From Piromyces finnis finn (taxonomy: Eukaryota > Fungi > Neocallimastigomycota), in assembly GCA_002104945.1 (NCBI GenBank), contig MCFH01000032.1, positions 496,001-560,000 of the forward strand: 64,000 nt of DNA. The letters are read 5' to 3'. Positions 23,285-37,905 of the stretch are shown one piece after another. The translations under genes and the position numbers were made by a program. The notes under the pieces are model-generated. The model was not told the origin of the DNA. It saw only the letters and a program-made list of their open reading frames with translations, and did no database searches. The first letter of the stretch is position 1. Each line of letters opens with the position of its first letter.

Positions 23285-25377
23285 TTATAAGAATAAATTA
23301 TATCTCAACCTAAAAGGTAAGAAAGAAAATTTTTTTATCTGTCTATCAAATATATTTAATGACATATTCATGATAAGAAAAAATATGAAAATGAAAATAC
23401 ACAAATGATAACATCAAAGCTATAAAAATAAATATGAAAAAATAGCAATCTACCTCTTTTATAGTCAACTTCTTTTTTAAAATAAAAAAAAAAAAAGATA
23501 ATTTACAATTTATATTCATCAAGTAATTTATTTATTTTATTAATTATTCATTCACTTATTAATGAAAATGATTCAATGAAATATTCAATATATTAAATTT
23601 TAAACAATAATATATTTTTATATATTATTAATAAATTTTAATAATTATATTAAATTTTGTTACAGAAAATTAAAATAACAAAAAAAATTAATTAAAAACA
23701 AAAAAGATTGAAATTTTATTTTATATATAATTTTATATATAATTTTATATATCATTCACATTTATTATGAATCAAATTGAAATATATTAGAAAAATTAAT
23801 ATTGAATTAATCCACATTTCTTTCTGTTTTTTTTTTTTTTATATTGATCTCATCAAAAGTTAAAGAAAAAAAATAATAGTTCACAATTACTATTGTTATA
23901 GGCGAGTAATTTTTATTTTATTATCTACATATATAAATAATATATAAAATAATCTTGGAAAATTCATTATATATTTATATATTCAGTGAAAAAATAGTAT
24001 ATATTTATTAAAAAAAATAATATTATTAATTTATCAATAGTTAAAAGTAATGTATTAAAAAAAAAAAAAGTAAACTATAAAAGCTAAAGTATTAACCATA
24101 TATAATGAAAAAAAAAAAAAAATAGACAGTAAATTTTAAATTGATTCATTTTGTGGTGAATTACATAATTTAGAATATACAATATACATAAAAGTATTAT
24201 ATTGTTTCCAATTTGTTAATATATTTGGTTATATGTTAATACATAATAGGAAAAAAAAATAATAAAAAAATGAAAATATGCTATTTTAAATCAGATTTAA
24301 ATCTAATTTAGAATAAAAACTTTTTTTTATTTTTGTTTATGCAAAGTAAAAATAAAAAAAAAAAAATTAATATAAAAATTTTAAAGTTATTTTAATTAGC
24401 TAAATTTGTATAAATTAATTAAATAATAATAATAAAGCATATATAATTTTTAAATAATATAACCATGTTTTAACCTTAATGAATATAGAATTTTTTTTGT
24501 ATATATATATTGTTTATAAAAAAAAAAAGATAAATTAAAAAGGTGTGCGTGCTAAATTTAAATTTTAAATTTAATGATTGAATTGAATACAAATATATTA
24601 AAATAAAAATAGTTAAAAAAGTTTAGAAATTTTAGCCTGCATTACATTACATTATAAATTTAAAATACAAAAAAAAAAAAAAAAAAGAAAAAAATTTTTA
24701 ACATTGAATTTCTAATAAAATAATCATTAAAAAGCTTCATTTAAATATCAGAACTAAAGAAATAGAGTTAGAATAACAAGTCAGTAGAGCTACTATATTT
24801 ATTATATTATACTAATATTATTTTTAATAGTATATAGAAGGATAGAAGGATAGAGTACTTTATAAAATATTATATAATAAAAGTATAAAATATATAATAT
24901 CATTATATATATATGTATAATATATTATTTATAATAATAATTTTACTATGATGATAAAAGTTTTTAACGTGTTTTTTATTCTATGGATATGGATATTAAT
25001 GACAAAATTTTCCTTTGTCTTTTCTTTTGATTATTATTTTATGGATATGGACATTATTATAAGGAACAACAATTTTTTTTATATGTAATTATTTTATATA
25101 GAAATATTAATTTTTTCCTTTAAAAAAAAATAATGCCAAATTTTTAGAAAAGAAAAGAGGGAATTAATATTAAAAGTATAATATATAAAATGTAAAGAGA
25201 AAAGGAGAAAATATACTTTTAATGGTTTTTTATTATTACTATTGTTGTTATTTTATTTCAGTTTTAGATTTTATTATATAAAAAAAATTAATCATGTTGT
25301 ATTAAAAGGGTAAAAAAATTTATAATTTATTTCTGTCTTTTATCAATTAGAAAACTTTTTTATTTTCTACACTTTAT

Positions 25378-25572
25378 CAAAAAAAAAAAGTTTTCATTGT
25401 CAATTCATTCATAATAAATAATATCTTAGATACTACCATTATAAACAAAAAAAATATATTCTTACTTCTCTTTAGCAAAAAAAAAAGTTTTCATTGTCAA
25501 TTCATTCATAATAAATAATATCTTAGATACTACCATTATAAACAAAAAAAATATATTCTTATTTCTCTTTAG
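25378..25572. repeat. Tandem ~98-bp duplication at the 3' end of the minus-strand gene
   Basis: 25378-25475 is repeated at 25476-25572. Confidence 0.9.
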
Positions 25573-27733
25573 TAGTTTTATTCTTTTCATTTTTACTTCT
25601 ACGATAAGTTTTAATGGTAACTAATTCAGAAATAAATAATATTTTATCATCATTTGATATAACAAAAAAGTAATAAGTATTATTTCTTCCAAGTTTTGAA
25701 TTATACAATAATGTGGTACTATCACCAATAATATAAGGTGAAGAATGAATGAAATTTGCTTTTGACCCAGTTTCAAATACACGTTTAATACGATTTTCAG
25801 AATTATAAGTTTTACTTTCATTACTACTACTATTAGAGTCCTCATTGTTTACTTCACTATCCTTTATTTTTCCCATACTTTTTTTCATGATAGAATAGTA
25901 GGAAATAAGAAGGCCATTTGAACTAAAATATTCTCTATATTTATCAATTTCATTAATACAGTTAATTTCTAAAAGAAAATTTTTACTACTTTGTTCATCT
26001 AATATTACTTCTCGTGCTTTTTTTCTTTTTGGTGTTTCGGCTAGATAAAATAATATAATCATTAATGGTAATGGAAGATATATTAATTTTTGGAATAGCC
26101 TTCTTTTCTTCAATGACACTTTTTAGCGATTGTACATATGATATATTAATATTTGATTGGTATTGGCAATTATAATTATTATATAAATTGATGGTAGATG
26201 GGATGATGGTATTAGAAGTTGAACAATTCATAGTAAGATGAATGACAAATTCATAAAATTTAATTGAGGAAAGGTCAGTTGAAAATTGCTTGGGGAAAGT
26301 GTTTACAATGGAGTTTGAATTCATAAGACTGTTACCACCACCTATCATCGGATTAAATTTATACACTTGATCTGAAAATGTATTATTTTGTGGTGAAGGT
26401 AATGAAGTAACTAGCAAGGAAGTATTTTTATTTATATGTGTATCAAATGATGGTGTATCTAAGGTAGGAGAAGGGAGAAATTGACTTGGTAATATTGATA
26501 TTTGCATACCTGAATTATTTACAGCAGTGGAGACTTGATGCATTACTACAGGAGTATTATTTTTACATTTATCAAAATTTAACATTATGGTATTATTGGA
26601 AGTAATGGTATTAGCGTTGGTATTCGTAATCACTGAAAAACCATTAAGAATATAGCCTGGTATATTATTATCTTTATGTACCTCAGATTCTATGCATGGT
26701 AAATGTTCTGGGTTTGAAAGGGAGGGATTAATGTTTATGTCAGGAATTATTGGGGATTGCATAATAGTATTTTGGGATAACACTTCTGCGGTAGTTTCAT
26801 GAGGAGGAGATGACAGTAAAATATTTTTTGTATTATTCATATTTAATAGTGGAGTTGATGATTGACTTATTATTTTATCCTTATCTGATAAATTATTATA
26901 ATAATAATCTTGAACATTATAAGAATTTAAAAATTCTGGATATTTTTTATCGTATAATTCTTGATGTGTTTGTGATCCATTGTACAAAACAAGTTCCATG
27001 ATAGCAGAAGAATAGGTATTTTCATGTTCAATATCATGGAATTCTACAAAGATATAAATTTTTTTTCTATTAGAATCATTTTTAATTTTGATTTCTTGAT
27101 AATAATTAAAAAAATCACTATTATCCTCGTTTAAATTTGAATTAGGAGACTTATAATTTATAGTAGTAGTAGTAGAATTCAATGGTATTATTTGATATAG
27201 AGGTGGATAACATTCTTCTTGAATAGAATGTTCAAATTTAAAACTTAATTTAACATTTTCAGAATTATCATTTTTTTCCCATCAGCATAAGGGACATTAT
27301 TTGTTCTATCTATATTTTCGATTTTTATATAATGTAATTTTTTAAATTCTTTTCGAATGGTATCGTTAACTTTAAGTTATTTGATTCTATCATCTGTTCT
27401 TATGCAATAATAAAATTTATAGTCCTCTTCATTCAGTGAAAATGTAAACATTTCTTTTTTACTTTCATTATTTATTAAGATTTCTATTGTTTGATTATAG
27501 AGAGCATAATCTTTTACATGTTCGATCGATATTTCAGTTGTTAATAGTCTAAAAAAGGAATATAAAGTTTTCAAATAAAAAGAAAAAATTTTATTTTTAT
27601 TCTCCTTTCTACTTATTTTCTTTTTTTTATTTGTTTGTTTCTTTACTGTTGATGTTGAATAGGTACATTGATTTTTTAATTTTCTTTTTTTCTTATTATT
27701 ATTATTATTTATATAACTTTCTTTTGTATCCAC
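25559..27733 (-). pseudogene. Disrupted gene of unknown function (Ser/Pro/Asn-rich centre, basic patches)
   Basis: Three consecutive ORFs (27733-27377, 27182-25995, 26119-25559) are joined by an in-frame TAA and two apparent frameshifts. Coding-like sequence continues across 27376-27183. No family recognised. Confidence 0.6.
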
Positions 27734-29713
27734 TCTTTTAAATAGAAATCTTGTGCTTTAAAATTTCAATACACTTTTTTTGGTAAAAATATTATAGTTG
27801 AATGACGATACTAATGAATGAATAAAATAACAATTTATTCTATATATATTATATATTATTTGAATAATTTCAATATATATTTTTAATGAAGATAATATAT
27901 ATATTTAATATAAAAGAATACTATACTATTCCAGAGTAAATTAACTTTAATAATTTGAATGATATCTTTTTTTTTTTTGAATTTTATATTTTAAATTATA
28001 AATATTTTAATTTTATTACAAACTGTTATCTCTTTAAAACTTTTTTTTATCATTTTGGATAATATTGACGTATTTCTAATAAAACATTTTAAAAAGTTTT
28101 TTTTTTGTATTAAAGTTAAAAAAAGACAATAATAAATAGGATAATTTCTAATTTTACAAGTATTATTTAATGAAACTAATATTTTTTTAGCAATATATAT
28201 TGAACATATCATGTATATTATAATATTTTTCTATCATATTAATGGTATAATTAGTAAATAGAGTTTTTAAAAATTTTATATAAAAAAAAAAAAGTCAATA
28301 AATTTATATATATATTATTCACTGGTTATAATATATTTGACTATTCTCTTTATTGTAATGAAAACAAAAGTAAATTGCTTTTAAATAATTAATGATATTT
28401 TGTTTTTTAAAATTAATAAAGTTTTATAAATTTTATATTTTATTTAAATAACTAATATATTTCAATTATATTTCCTTTTTTTTTGTGAAACAACTATGAA
28501 AATGTAAATTAATGGTTTGTCAAAAAAATAAAAAAACTTTTCTCCTCCTTCTATTTATATTATGTATTTTACAATTAATTTAATCTATTGATATTTAATA
28601 AATTATTTCCTAAAGGTAAACCTAAGAAATTACACCATCATTAAATAATTAAACCATGGAGTAACCAAAAAAAAAAATTTGATATTACAAATCTATTTTA
28701 TATTTTATAATATTAAGTATACTTAAATTTTGTTACATTTTTTGTATTACCATTATATGGAAATTAAAAAAACTTTATGAAAAGTAATACGATGAAACAT
28801 AAAAAAAATTATTGGAAAAGTAAATTGAAAAAAAAAAAAAGATTAATTCTTAAATCAATATTGAACATACCAAACACTTTTTTTTTTATTATAAATATAT
28901 AGAAAAGTAGAATTTATTTATTTTTGATAAAAAATATTAAATTTAGGTTGGTTTATAACTATTTTATAAATGTATGTAGGTAATGAATATATAAATTATA
29001 AATACTTTGAAAAGTATACTACACATAAATTACTATATATGATTATTTATTAGTATAATATATATTTTCTTATCCACTTTTTATAGTAATGTTTTTAAGT
29101 AATTTTTATAATTTAATTATAATATATTAAAGTATAATGATAATATATTTTATTTTTAATTATTAAATTTGAAAGTTTTTGATGGAAAAATTCATAATAA
29201 TCTGGCTCACACATACCTAAAAACTATAAAAGGTTTGATATATTATTTATATATTATTTATTTATTTATTATTTATTTATTATTTATTATAGAATCATTT
29301 GTTAGAATTTTAGGTTTTTAATATTTACTTTATTATGGTAATTTATTAATATTTCATTACAAAGATTTAATTAACAATTACAAGTTTGTATTTATACTAA
29401 AATTTATGGCTTATGCTCTAATACATACATTATCAATACATTACATTATATTAAATACATTTTACTAATGAATAAAGTTTATAATAAAATTTGAGATTTT
29501 CTAACATTCCCCCTCAAACTTGATTTCATTTTGAAATTCAATGTTTGGAAGTTTGTTTTATAATATATAAAATAAAATAAAATAAAAAAATTTTTTTTTT
29601 TTTTTTTTTTTTTAGGTTTTTTTAATAGAACTTTGTCTGATTATTATTGAATGTATAGATAAGTTTAAGTAAGTATAAAGTGTAATAAAGTAAATAATGT
29701 TTTGTGCAACTTA

Positions 29714-32700
29714 TTATTTTACAAAAATTTTATCTGTAAAATTTCTAATTTTTGTAGAATTTAAATTTTTTGTGAGTGCATTAGCCAGCATATCATTTGT
29801 GTTCTTATATTCTAGCTTTACTCTTTTATTTATAATATTATCCTTGTTGAAGTAGTATTTTATTGAGATATGTTTGAGTTTTGGGTTGGCTTCTCCATTT
29901 TCAATAATTGCTTTGCTTGATTTGTTGTCCGTAAATATTGTAATGATTATTTTTTGGTTGAATAATTCCTTTATTAAGTTTCTCATCCATAAGACCTTTT
30001 TTACACATTCTGAGGTGCTAATGTATTTTGCTTCTGCAGTTGATGTAGCAACTATGGATTTTTTTTCGAAAACCAGCAGATAGGAGAGTTTCCCATAAGT
30101 ATTATATGACCAGATGTTGATTTTCTGTCTTTGGTGTCCCCCGCAAAATCTGCATCTGTATAGGCTGTAATAAAACCTTTTCCGTCGTATTTCAATTTGT
30201 AATGAATTGTGTTGTGTAAATACTTAAGGATAATAAGGACACAATGCCAATCTGATACAGTAGGATTTTCACAAGATCTAGCAGCTTTGTGTACTGCAAA
30301 AGAAATATCCGGTCTGGTGCATTTTGCAAGGTAAATGAGGATCCTAATACACTTTTATATGTTGTGGCGTCAAATTTTTCATCACGCATTTGTGGCTTGT
30401 CGATACAGCATGGAGTGTTACATCGATAAGTGTATTTAATGTTAATGATTCCAAAGTTTTGTAAAAGGTTTTCAATAAAATTTCTTTGCGAAATAAAATA
30501 AGAGTAGCTAGATTTTTCAACAGTTATGCCTAATAAGTAATGGATTTTTCCATAATTTGAAATATTAAATTTGTTTTTGATCTTATTTATTATGGATTCG
30601 ATGATGCTAATGTCGCCACAGATGATCATATCATCAACGTAAATACCAAGAATGCATATTGTATTATTGTTATGAGATTTTTTAAATATACATGGTTCTG
30701 ATTTAAGCTGGTAGAAACCTGAATTAATGAGAAAATTTGAAATGGTAAGATATCATTGTCTTCCGGATTGTCGGAGGCCATATAATGCTTTGTTGAGTAG
30801 CCAATATCCTTTATTGTAGTTATTGTCACCGGGAGGTATTGTGGCGTAGATTTCTTTATCAAGTTTAGCGTTTAGATAAGCGGCTTTAATATCCAGTTGA
30901 TAAATTTCCCATTTAAGTTTAGCAGCAGTAGAGATGATAAACTTTAAACTATCAGAATTTAATGTTGGAGAATAGGTTAAGTCAAAATCGGTCCCGTAAA
31001 CTTGAGTGAAACCTCTGGCTACGAGTCTGGCTTTATATTTGGTGATATTATTATTTTCATCCCTCTTGATGGTGAATATCCATTTTGTGGAAACTAATTT
31101 TCTTTCTTTGGGAATTTCGGGAACAAAAGTCATGATTTTATTAGAATATAAATTGTTAAGTTCTTCATTAATTGCATTGATCCAGTGTGATTTATTGGAA
31201 CACGTAGTGGCTTGTTTGTAATTAAATGGAATATCTTATTCATATGTATATGTAGATTCTTCTAAATTTAAAACCAGTCTTTTGTTATCATTAAACAGTG
31301 GTGAATCATATGGATGTTTTTTAGGGATATTGATGTTTGACTGTTCATTTATGTTACCTGAAATTGTTTTATTATCATTATTTGAAGCATTTGAATCATT
31401 GTCTGAATCCTTGCAGTTAGTTTTATTTTCAAAAGTTGTATTGGCATTTTCATTTGTGGCGTCGTAGTTTTTATTAATATTATTGTTGTTGTTGGGAAAA
31501 TTATTATTACAGTATTCGAATGTGGCGTTATTATTCATGAATCATTAAAATTCTTATCCATTTGTTCATTGGTGTTATCAATCCCAGTATTGAGTCTTTC
31601 AAATATATTGTAGTGGTTGATGTTTGTGTTGTAGTTTGGATGATTGCTAGTGTTATACTGGTTATTGAACGTAAAATTTCCTGGCTCCTCTTCAAGAAAA
31701 ACAGCTTCTCTTACTAAATGAATAGATTAATCACTTGTATCCATAATTATATAACAATTTGTGTCGAATTTTATTCCCAAGAATATGCCTTTTTGTGAAT
31801 TAGTTTCAAATTTAGACGCTTTATTTTGAATCTTGTTGTAGTAGGATACACAGCCAAATACTTTGATTTTATCAATTTTTACTGTTTTATTGTAGAAAAT
31901 TTCATTTGATATTAAATTTGAGATTCCCTTTCTTGGTGTAATGTTATACAGGTGATTTGTATAAATTACAGCATATAACCAGAAATCTAAACTAAGTTTA
32001 GCCCAAAAAATTAAGGTCTTCGCAGAGTTGATAATGGTTTGGTTGAATCTCTCGGCAATACCATTATTCTCAGGATTATACGGTGAGGAAAATATTTTCT
32101 TGATACCGACTTTTCTACAATATTTCTTTATTCTTTTGTTGTTAAATTCACGTCCGTTATCACTTTTGAAAAATTTAATATTATTTTCAAAGTGATTATT
32201 TATGAATTTTAAAATATTTAAAATTATGTTGGTTGCTTCGGCCTTCTCTTTGAGTAAGCAAACCCAGGATTTTCTACTAAATTCATCAATAAATGTGATG
32301 ATATATTTCATATCATCTATTGATGTGGGTTTTATAGGTCCGATGATGTCAGAGTGGATAGTTTCCAGGATATTAGATGCTTTTGGAGTAACTTTATTAT
32401 GGGGTTTTGCCTTCAATTTTGATATCTTGCAATCTAGGCATTAGTCATTTTCCTTAGTTCCGAGTTCCAAATATTTGTTTAAATCTTCCTCGTAGTAGTG
32501 ACCTAGATGACGATGCCATAAGTCTTGGTTAAAAGTTTCAGTGGAGCAAAATTGTTGATTAAGATTATTGAATTTTATCCTAATAATATTATTGCTGTCA
32601 TGTTCGTGTTTACTAATAACTTTGTCTGTATGGTCAGAAAAAATTAAGAGAACCTTACCATTTTGATTCTTTAACTGAGTATTAATACCGGCTATCGTTA

Positions 32701-34124
32701 GTTTTATTCCACTGATAAGATTTTTATTAACTTCATTTAAGAAAAGTACTCTTTCTAAGACTATCTCAGTTCCGTTTATGGCTCCGCGGTAAGTACCATG
32801 GCCCTCAAAAGTACAAGTAGAACCATTTGCACAGCTCATAGTAATTTTTTCGGTAATAAAGTTTTCTAAGATCCCTTTGTTGTTCGTTATATGTTCACTT
32901 GCTCCAGTATCATAAGTCCATACTGATATTGTGTAACCTTCATTTTGGTCATGTGATTTCCGAAAATTACATGAACATATTTCTTCTGTATTTTCTAATG
33001 GAAAAACGTTTTCAAGGGTTAAATCATCAAATATATTTATCGCGTGGTTGACACCTGATTGGTCAGTGTTTATGTTTGCGTAACATTTATTTTCAGGGTT
33101 AGAAATTTTTGGATCATCCATTTTTTCATTACTCTTAAATTCATTTTCAACATTATCTGCAGAAGGTCCAAACATTGTATTGATTTCTTCAAAGCATGGA
33201 GTACTATCCGAGGTTGTCTCGTTCTCAATATTAGAACAATATTTGTCGTCCTTTGATTTTTCTTTGGTTGAGTTTTATAATTTTCGTTAAACTTATTATT
33301 TTTCTTGGTTCTGGTTGAACGGCTGGGGTTATAATAGCAATCCTTGGCCAAGTGTCCCGGAATGTCACAGATAACACAGTATTTGTTTCTGTGATATTGT
33401 TTTATATTTCATCTATTTCCTTTTGAACGTTTTCCTTCTATATCCATGTAGTCATTGTTCGGATTTTTGAAGTTGCTGATGGATGGGTTATTATTTCTTC
33501 TTATGTTTCTAGGGTTAAAATTATTATTTCTTTGGTTGTAGGTTTGGTTATTGTTGTATTCCATTTGGTAGCAAATAACTGTGTATCTATCTTTTATAAT
33601 TTCATATAATGTTTCTGGTGTGTATTAGGAACTCATTAATATTTTATCCTTGAGGATATTTGGTAGAGCGTTGTACATAATTGTTATTTTTTCCATGTTT
33701 GATTTGTTCATTTGTTCATGCATGAGTTTTCGAGTAATTTAAATAATTCCATAATCTCATTTATTACATTCATGGTTTCCTTGAGGTTGGTAGCCTTGAG
33801 AGATCCTAATCTTCTTAACCACTCTCCATGGTTGGAGGTGTCATCCAACTTGCACAAGTTCTTGAGTTTCTCCATCTTCTAATATGCGGACTCACAGTTC
33901 ATAATGTACCTTTTAACAGAGTCGGTACAATTTGTAAAAATGATTATTCCTGCGAGTGTATCATTTGGTTCAAATTTGCTTGGTTCATTGAATGTTTTGT
34001 AGTTACTCTTGATGTAACCACCAAGCTGTTTGGCCTTTAAGTAGCCTTCAATTGTGCAGTACCATATATCAAAGTTAGAACTGCCTTGTAATTTATCTTT
34101 TTCATTTAATATGAATTCAGGCAT
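29714..34124 (-). pseudogene. gag-pol: Copia gag-pol polyprotein, fragmented (gag-PR-IN-RT-RH order)
   Basis: CVICDIPGHLAKDC knuckle, WTYDTGASEH protease, LWHRHLGH and SDNGREF integrase, KARLVARGF and YVDD RT, TDNKS RNase H; many frameshifts and stops. Confidence 0.93.
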
Positions 34125-34165
34125 TTTATTTTATATTTTGTAATGTTCCTTTTTGTGAGCCAGTT

Positions 34166-34179
34166 TGAGACTCTTAATC
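34166..34179 (-). other. Copia PBS complementary to the tRNA-Lys(CTT) anticodon arm
   Basis: Plus strand reads TGAGACTCTTAATC directly abutting the LTR, matching the conserved eukaryotic tRNA-Lys(CTT) anticodon stem-loop (nt 27-40) as recalled. Confidence 0.8.
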
Positions 34180-34559
34180 TGTTAGAATTTTAGGTTTTTA
34201 ATATTTACTTTATTATGGTAATTTATTAATATTTCATTACAAAGATTTAATTAACAATTACAAGTTTGTATTTATACTAAAATTTATGGCTTATGCTCTA
34301 ATACATACATTATCAATATATTACATTATATTAAATACATTTTACTAATGAATAAAGTTTATAATAAAACTTGAGATTTTCTAACATTATTTTCTACATA
34401 TAATATTTATTTATTATTTATTTATTATTTATATATTATTTATTTAATGTTTTTTATTATTAAATTCATATATATATTTGATATGAAATATTAAATAAAA
34501 CTCTAATTATTAATAATATTATTTTATTAATAATTACATAAAATAAATTAAAATAGTCA

Positions 34560-35760
34560 TGTAATAACGTGACTAAAAGCAATTGAGACGTAAATAAATT
34601 CACACGATAAAATAAATTTAAGTGATAACATAAATTTATTTTATTAATTTAAATAATAAAAACATAAAATTATAACATAATTTTATGTTATGTAAATAAT
34701 TTCTTTTATTTATTTTTTTTTTTATAATATTTATATTTTATTATATTTTTATTATACTTTAATATTTTTATACTTTTTATACTAGTTATTATATATTTAT
34801 TAATTAAATAATTTCTTTTATTTATTATTTTTATTTATAATATTTATATTTTATTATATTTTTATTATACTTTAATATTTTTATACTTTTTATACTAGTT
34901 ATTATATATTTATTAATTAAACAAACAAAATATAGTTTATATTTATTAAAAGATATATAAATGTATTATTATTTCTTATAATTAATTCTTTGCTTCTTGT
35001 ATTTTCTAGCCAAAAATTTATTTAATAAAATTAATTTAAACAAAACATTATTTCATAAAGTTTCCCCCTTAAAAAAGGAAATAGAACCGAGTTATATCAT
35101 TTGGTGGAGATATCGGTTCTTTTAGAGGAGGAAGAAGTTATACAATTTTAATAAATTGTATTAGTTATTTACATAACATTTTTATTTCTACTTATAGTTA
35201 TTCATTAACTATATTATAAAAAAAAAATAAAAAATAAATTATTATTATTTAATATTGATAATTGAAGTTTCATTCTTATCAATATTGAATTTAACAAAAT
35301 CGTGTCAGCATAAGCAAGCCTTGCAACTCTCAGAAGGGGTATAGTAAGGGTGGTTTTAAGATCCTGAAGCGTGTGACGGAACTTAGATCACATGAATAGG
35401 GTGACGGAAACATAAATCATCGGATGAAAGACCCTTAGGTGTGAAGCTTATTATACACATTTTGGTCGGAAATTCAATTTGATAATAACAATATTAAATA
35501 TTTAAATTTGAAATTTTAAGAATACGTTAATAAACAAATAATTAACATACTATTAATTAATTAAAAAAAAATTTTTTTTAAACCTTAATTATTAAGAAAT
35601 TGGACTGCACAAAACTTATTGAAGCTCTTGTGAAAGAAGCCAAGGAAAGAAGAATGGCGGAACTAAATAACTTTATGTTACTACAATACCGCCTAATGAC
35701 TCTTCAAGGTATCGTCACCTTGACGGATGAAAACCATGACATAAATTCATATTTATTTAT
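34560..35760 (+). mobile_element. Element B: orphan 5' LTR (34560-35099), tRNA-Ala PBS (35102-35116) and leader; no gag/pol or 3' LTR seen
   Basis: Termini TGTAATAAC/GTTATATCA; PBS TGGTGGAGATATCGG identical to the first 15 nt of the A/C PBS; ~110-bp internal tandem duplication at ~34700-34920. Confidence 0.75.
35305..35438 (+). ncRNA. Conserved leader RNA motif (domain 3), copy in element B
   Basis: Invariant blocks shared with 2057-2194 plus compensatory stem changes. Confidence 0.75.
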
Positions 35761-37725
35761 TATACATTTTATTATATATTAAATATTATATTTTATTATA
35801 ATTTATTATATACTATATCTCTTAAACATTCTATTAAGTATAGGTTATTATATATTTCTATAATAATTTATTATATATAATTATATATCTGTATTATATT
35901 AGATATTTTAAATAATTTATGGAATGAATTGAAAATATATTAAAAAAAGATGTAAAAATAATAAAAGAGAAAGGTTCAAAATATCTATTTTAAAAAGGCC
36001 ATTAAAATATAAGCAAAAAACCAGGTCCAACTTTTTATATTTTAAGTAACATTTAAAAATATTTTTTAAGCTTTTTATTAGTTAAACAAATGGAAATTTT
36101 ATGGAATGACCAATTTTATGGTAAAACAATGACTGAGCCAAAAAAAAAATAACATTTAAAAAAGACAAAAAAAGGTTTACATTTTTATTTCTCTTTTTTT
36201 TAATTTTTCAAAGAAATTGGAGTATTACCCTTAAGGTAGGTATTTCTTTTTTTTTAAGTATTTTTAAACCACACCTTTCTATTTGGTTTCCAAAATGTAA
36301 GTTTATTCTTTTTATTTGAGAATTTTAAATATTTATGTTAAAAAAAATATTTATTTATTTTTAATAACAAAAAAAGAAAAGAAAAGGACAAAGGCAAAAA
36401 AAAGGTGGAAATTGTTAAGAAGTTATAAAATCAAAAAATATATACTTTTTTTCATTTCCCAAAATGAAAATTATTGAAATTTGAATTTTCATTTAATAAA
36501 ACTTGAACCATTTTAAGATAATTAAAAATTTCAAAATTATTAAAAAAATAAAAATTTGGAAATAATTAAAATCTGGAAATTAAAAAATTCAATTTTATAA
36601 TAAAAAAAATAATAAAATAATATATTGCCAAAGTATAAACATAAAAAAATTAATTTCTCATTTCTATAATAAATAAATTTATTTAAAAAATAATGAATTT
36701 ATTTTTATTAGTTATAATATTTTATTAAAAATATAGTTTAATTTTATTATTAATATTAATAGATTATGGTAATTACAAAGAATTAATTAATGAGAAATTG
36801 AATAAATTTATATTATAAAATGTGGCTAGTTATAAAACTAAAAACTATTGCTAATAAATGTTCTTAGAACATGTAAATTACTAATATACTACTAATTATT
36901 ATTAAAACATTATTAAATATTACTAATACATTATTAATTATTTTAAACAGAAAATAAAATTATTTTAACACATATTTAATTTATTCTAAAATATTCTAAC
37001 ATTTATTTATTTATTTATTTATTTATCTTCTATTTAAGGTGTATGTTTACAAAGAAAAAATTAAATTTAAATAAACTATTTAATAGAACATATTACAATA
37101 TATCAATAAATTAAATATATTAAATAAAATATTTCAATTTTCATTCACCAAAAAAAATAAAAATTAAATTGATAACACATTATTGATAAATAAAAAGTGG
37201 GTACATTTTAAAACAATTTCATGGTCTTTTTTTTTTTTTTTGTATAATTAACATTAATTATTATTGAATTAATCCACATTTTCCATAAATTATTATAAAT
37301 TTGAAAGGGCAATTTTATTTAAATTATAAATTATTTATTTATATATTATCTCAATTTAATAAATGTAACATATTATTTTCTATTTAATATTTCTTAAAAA
37401 AGAAAAATAACAAGTTACAATTTATTTTTGTTCCTTTGATTTAAAAAAAAAAAGAAATAAGTATATGTTATTTTTATTTGTTTATATATATATATAATAA
37501 AAAAAATAAAGAATTTATATATGACTTACAATAAATTTACATGAGGTTAATGAAAAAAAAAAATTAAATTGATTATAAAGGAATAATTAATTTAATAATA
37601 TAATTAGTAAAACATTAGTAATATTAGTAAAAATTAATAAATATATTTTATAAATAACCTAATAAAATAAGTAAAAATTTTTTATTTGTTTTTAATTTAA
37701 ATCAAAATAAAAAAATAATAAATTT

Positions 37726-37798
37726 TGCGAAGTGTGAGGTTCGAACTCACGACCTTAAGATTATGAGACTTACGCGCCGCCGACTGCACCAACTTCGC
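37726..37798 (-). tRNA. tRNA-Met-CAT: Elongator tRNA-Met(CAT), second copy with two D-arm substitutions
   Basis: Reverse complement of 19425-19497 except C11T and A21G. Confidence 0.93.
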
Positions 37799-37808
37799 AA
37801 ATATCATT

Positions 37809-37890
37809 CGTCACCTGCAGGACTCGAACCTGCGCTCCCAAAGGGAAATGGCTTAGCAGGCCACCGCGTTAACCACTCCGCCAAAGTGAC
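37809..37890 (-). tRNA. tRNA-Ser-GCT: tRNA-Ser(GCT), second copy
   Basis: Reverse complement of 19333-19414. Confidence 0.96.
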
Positions 37891-37905
37891 GTTCACGTAT
37901 TTCTG

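Larger units (their letters stand above)
29300..34386 (-). mobile_element. Ty1/copia LTR retrotransposon, decayed
   Basis: 207-bp LTRs at 29300-29506 and 34180-34386 with two differences seen; PPT complement TTCCCCCTC at 29507-29515; flanks TCATT/TTATT. Confidence 0.97.

Noticed and set aside
37260-37430. Weak similarity to ~23800-23890 (ATTGAATTAATCCACATTT)
   Set aside because: Too short and AT-rich to define an element or its boundaries by eye.
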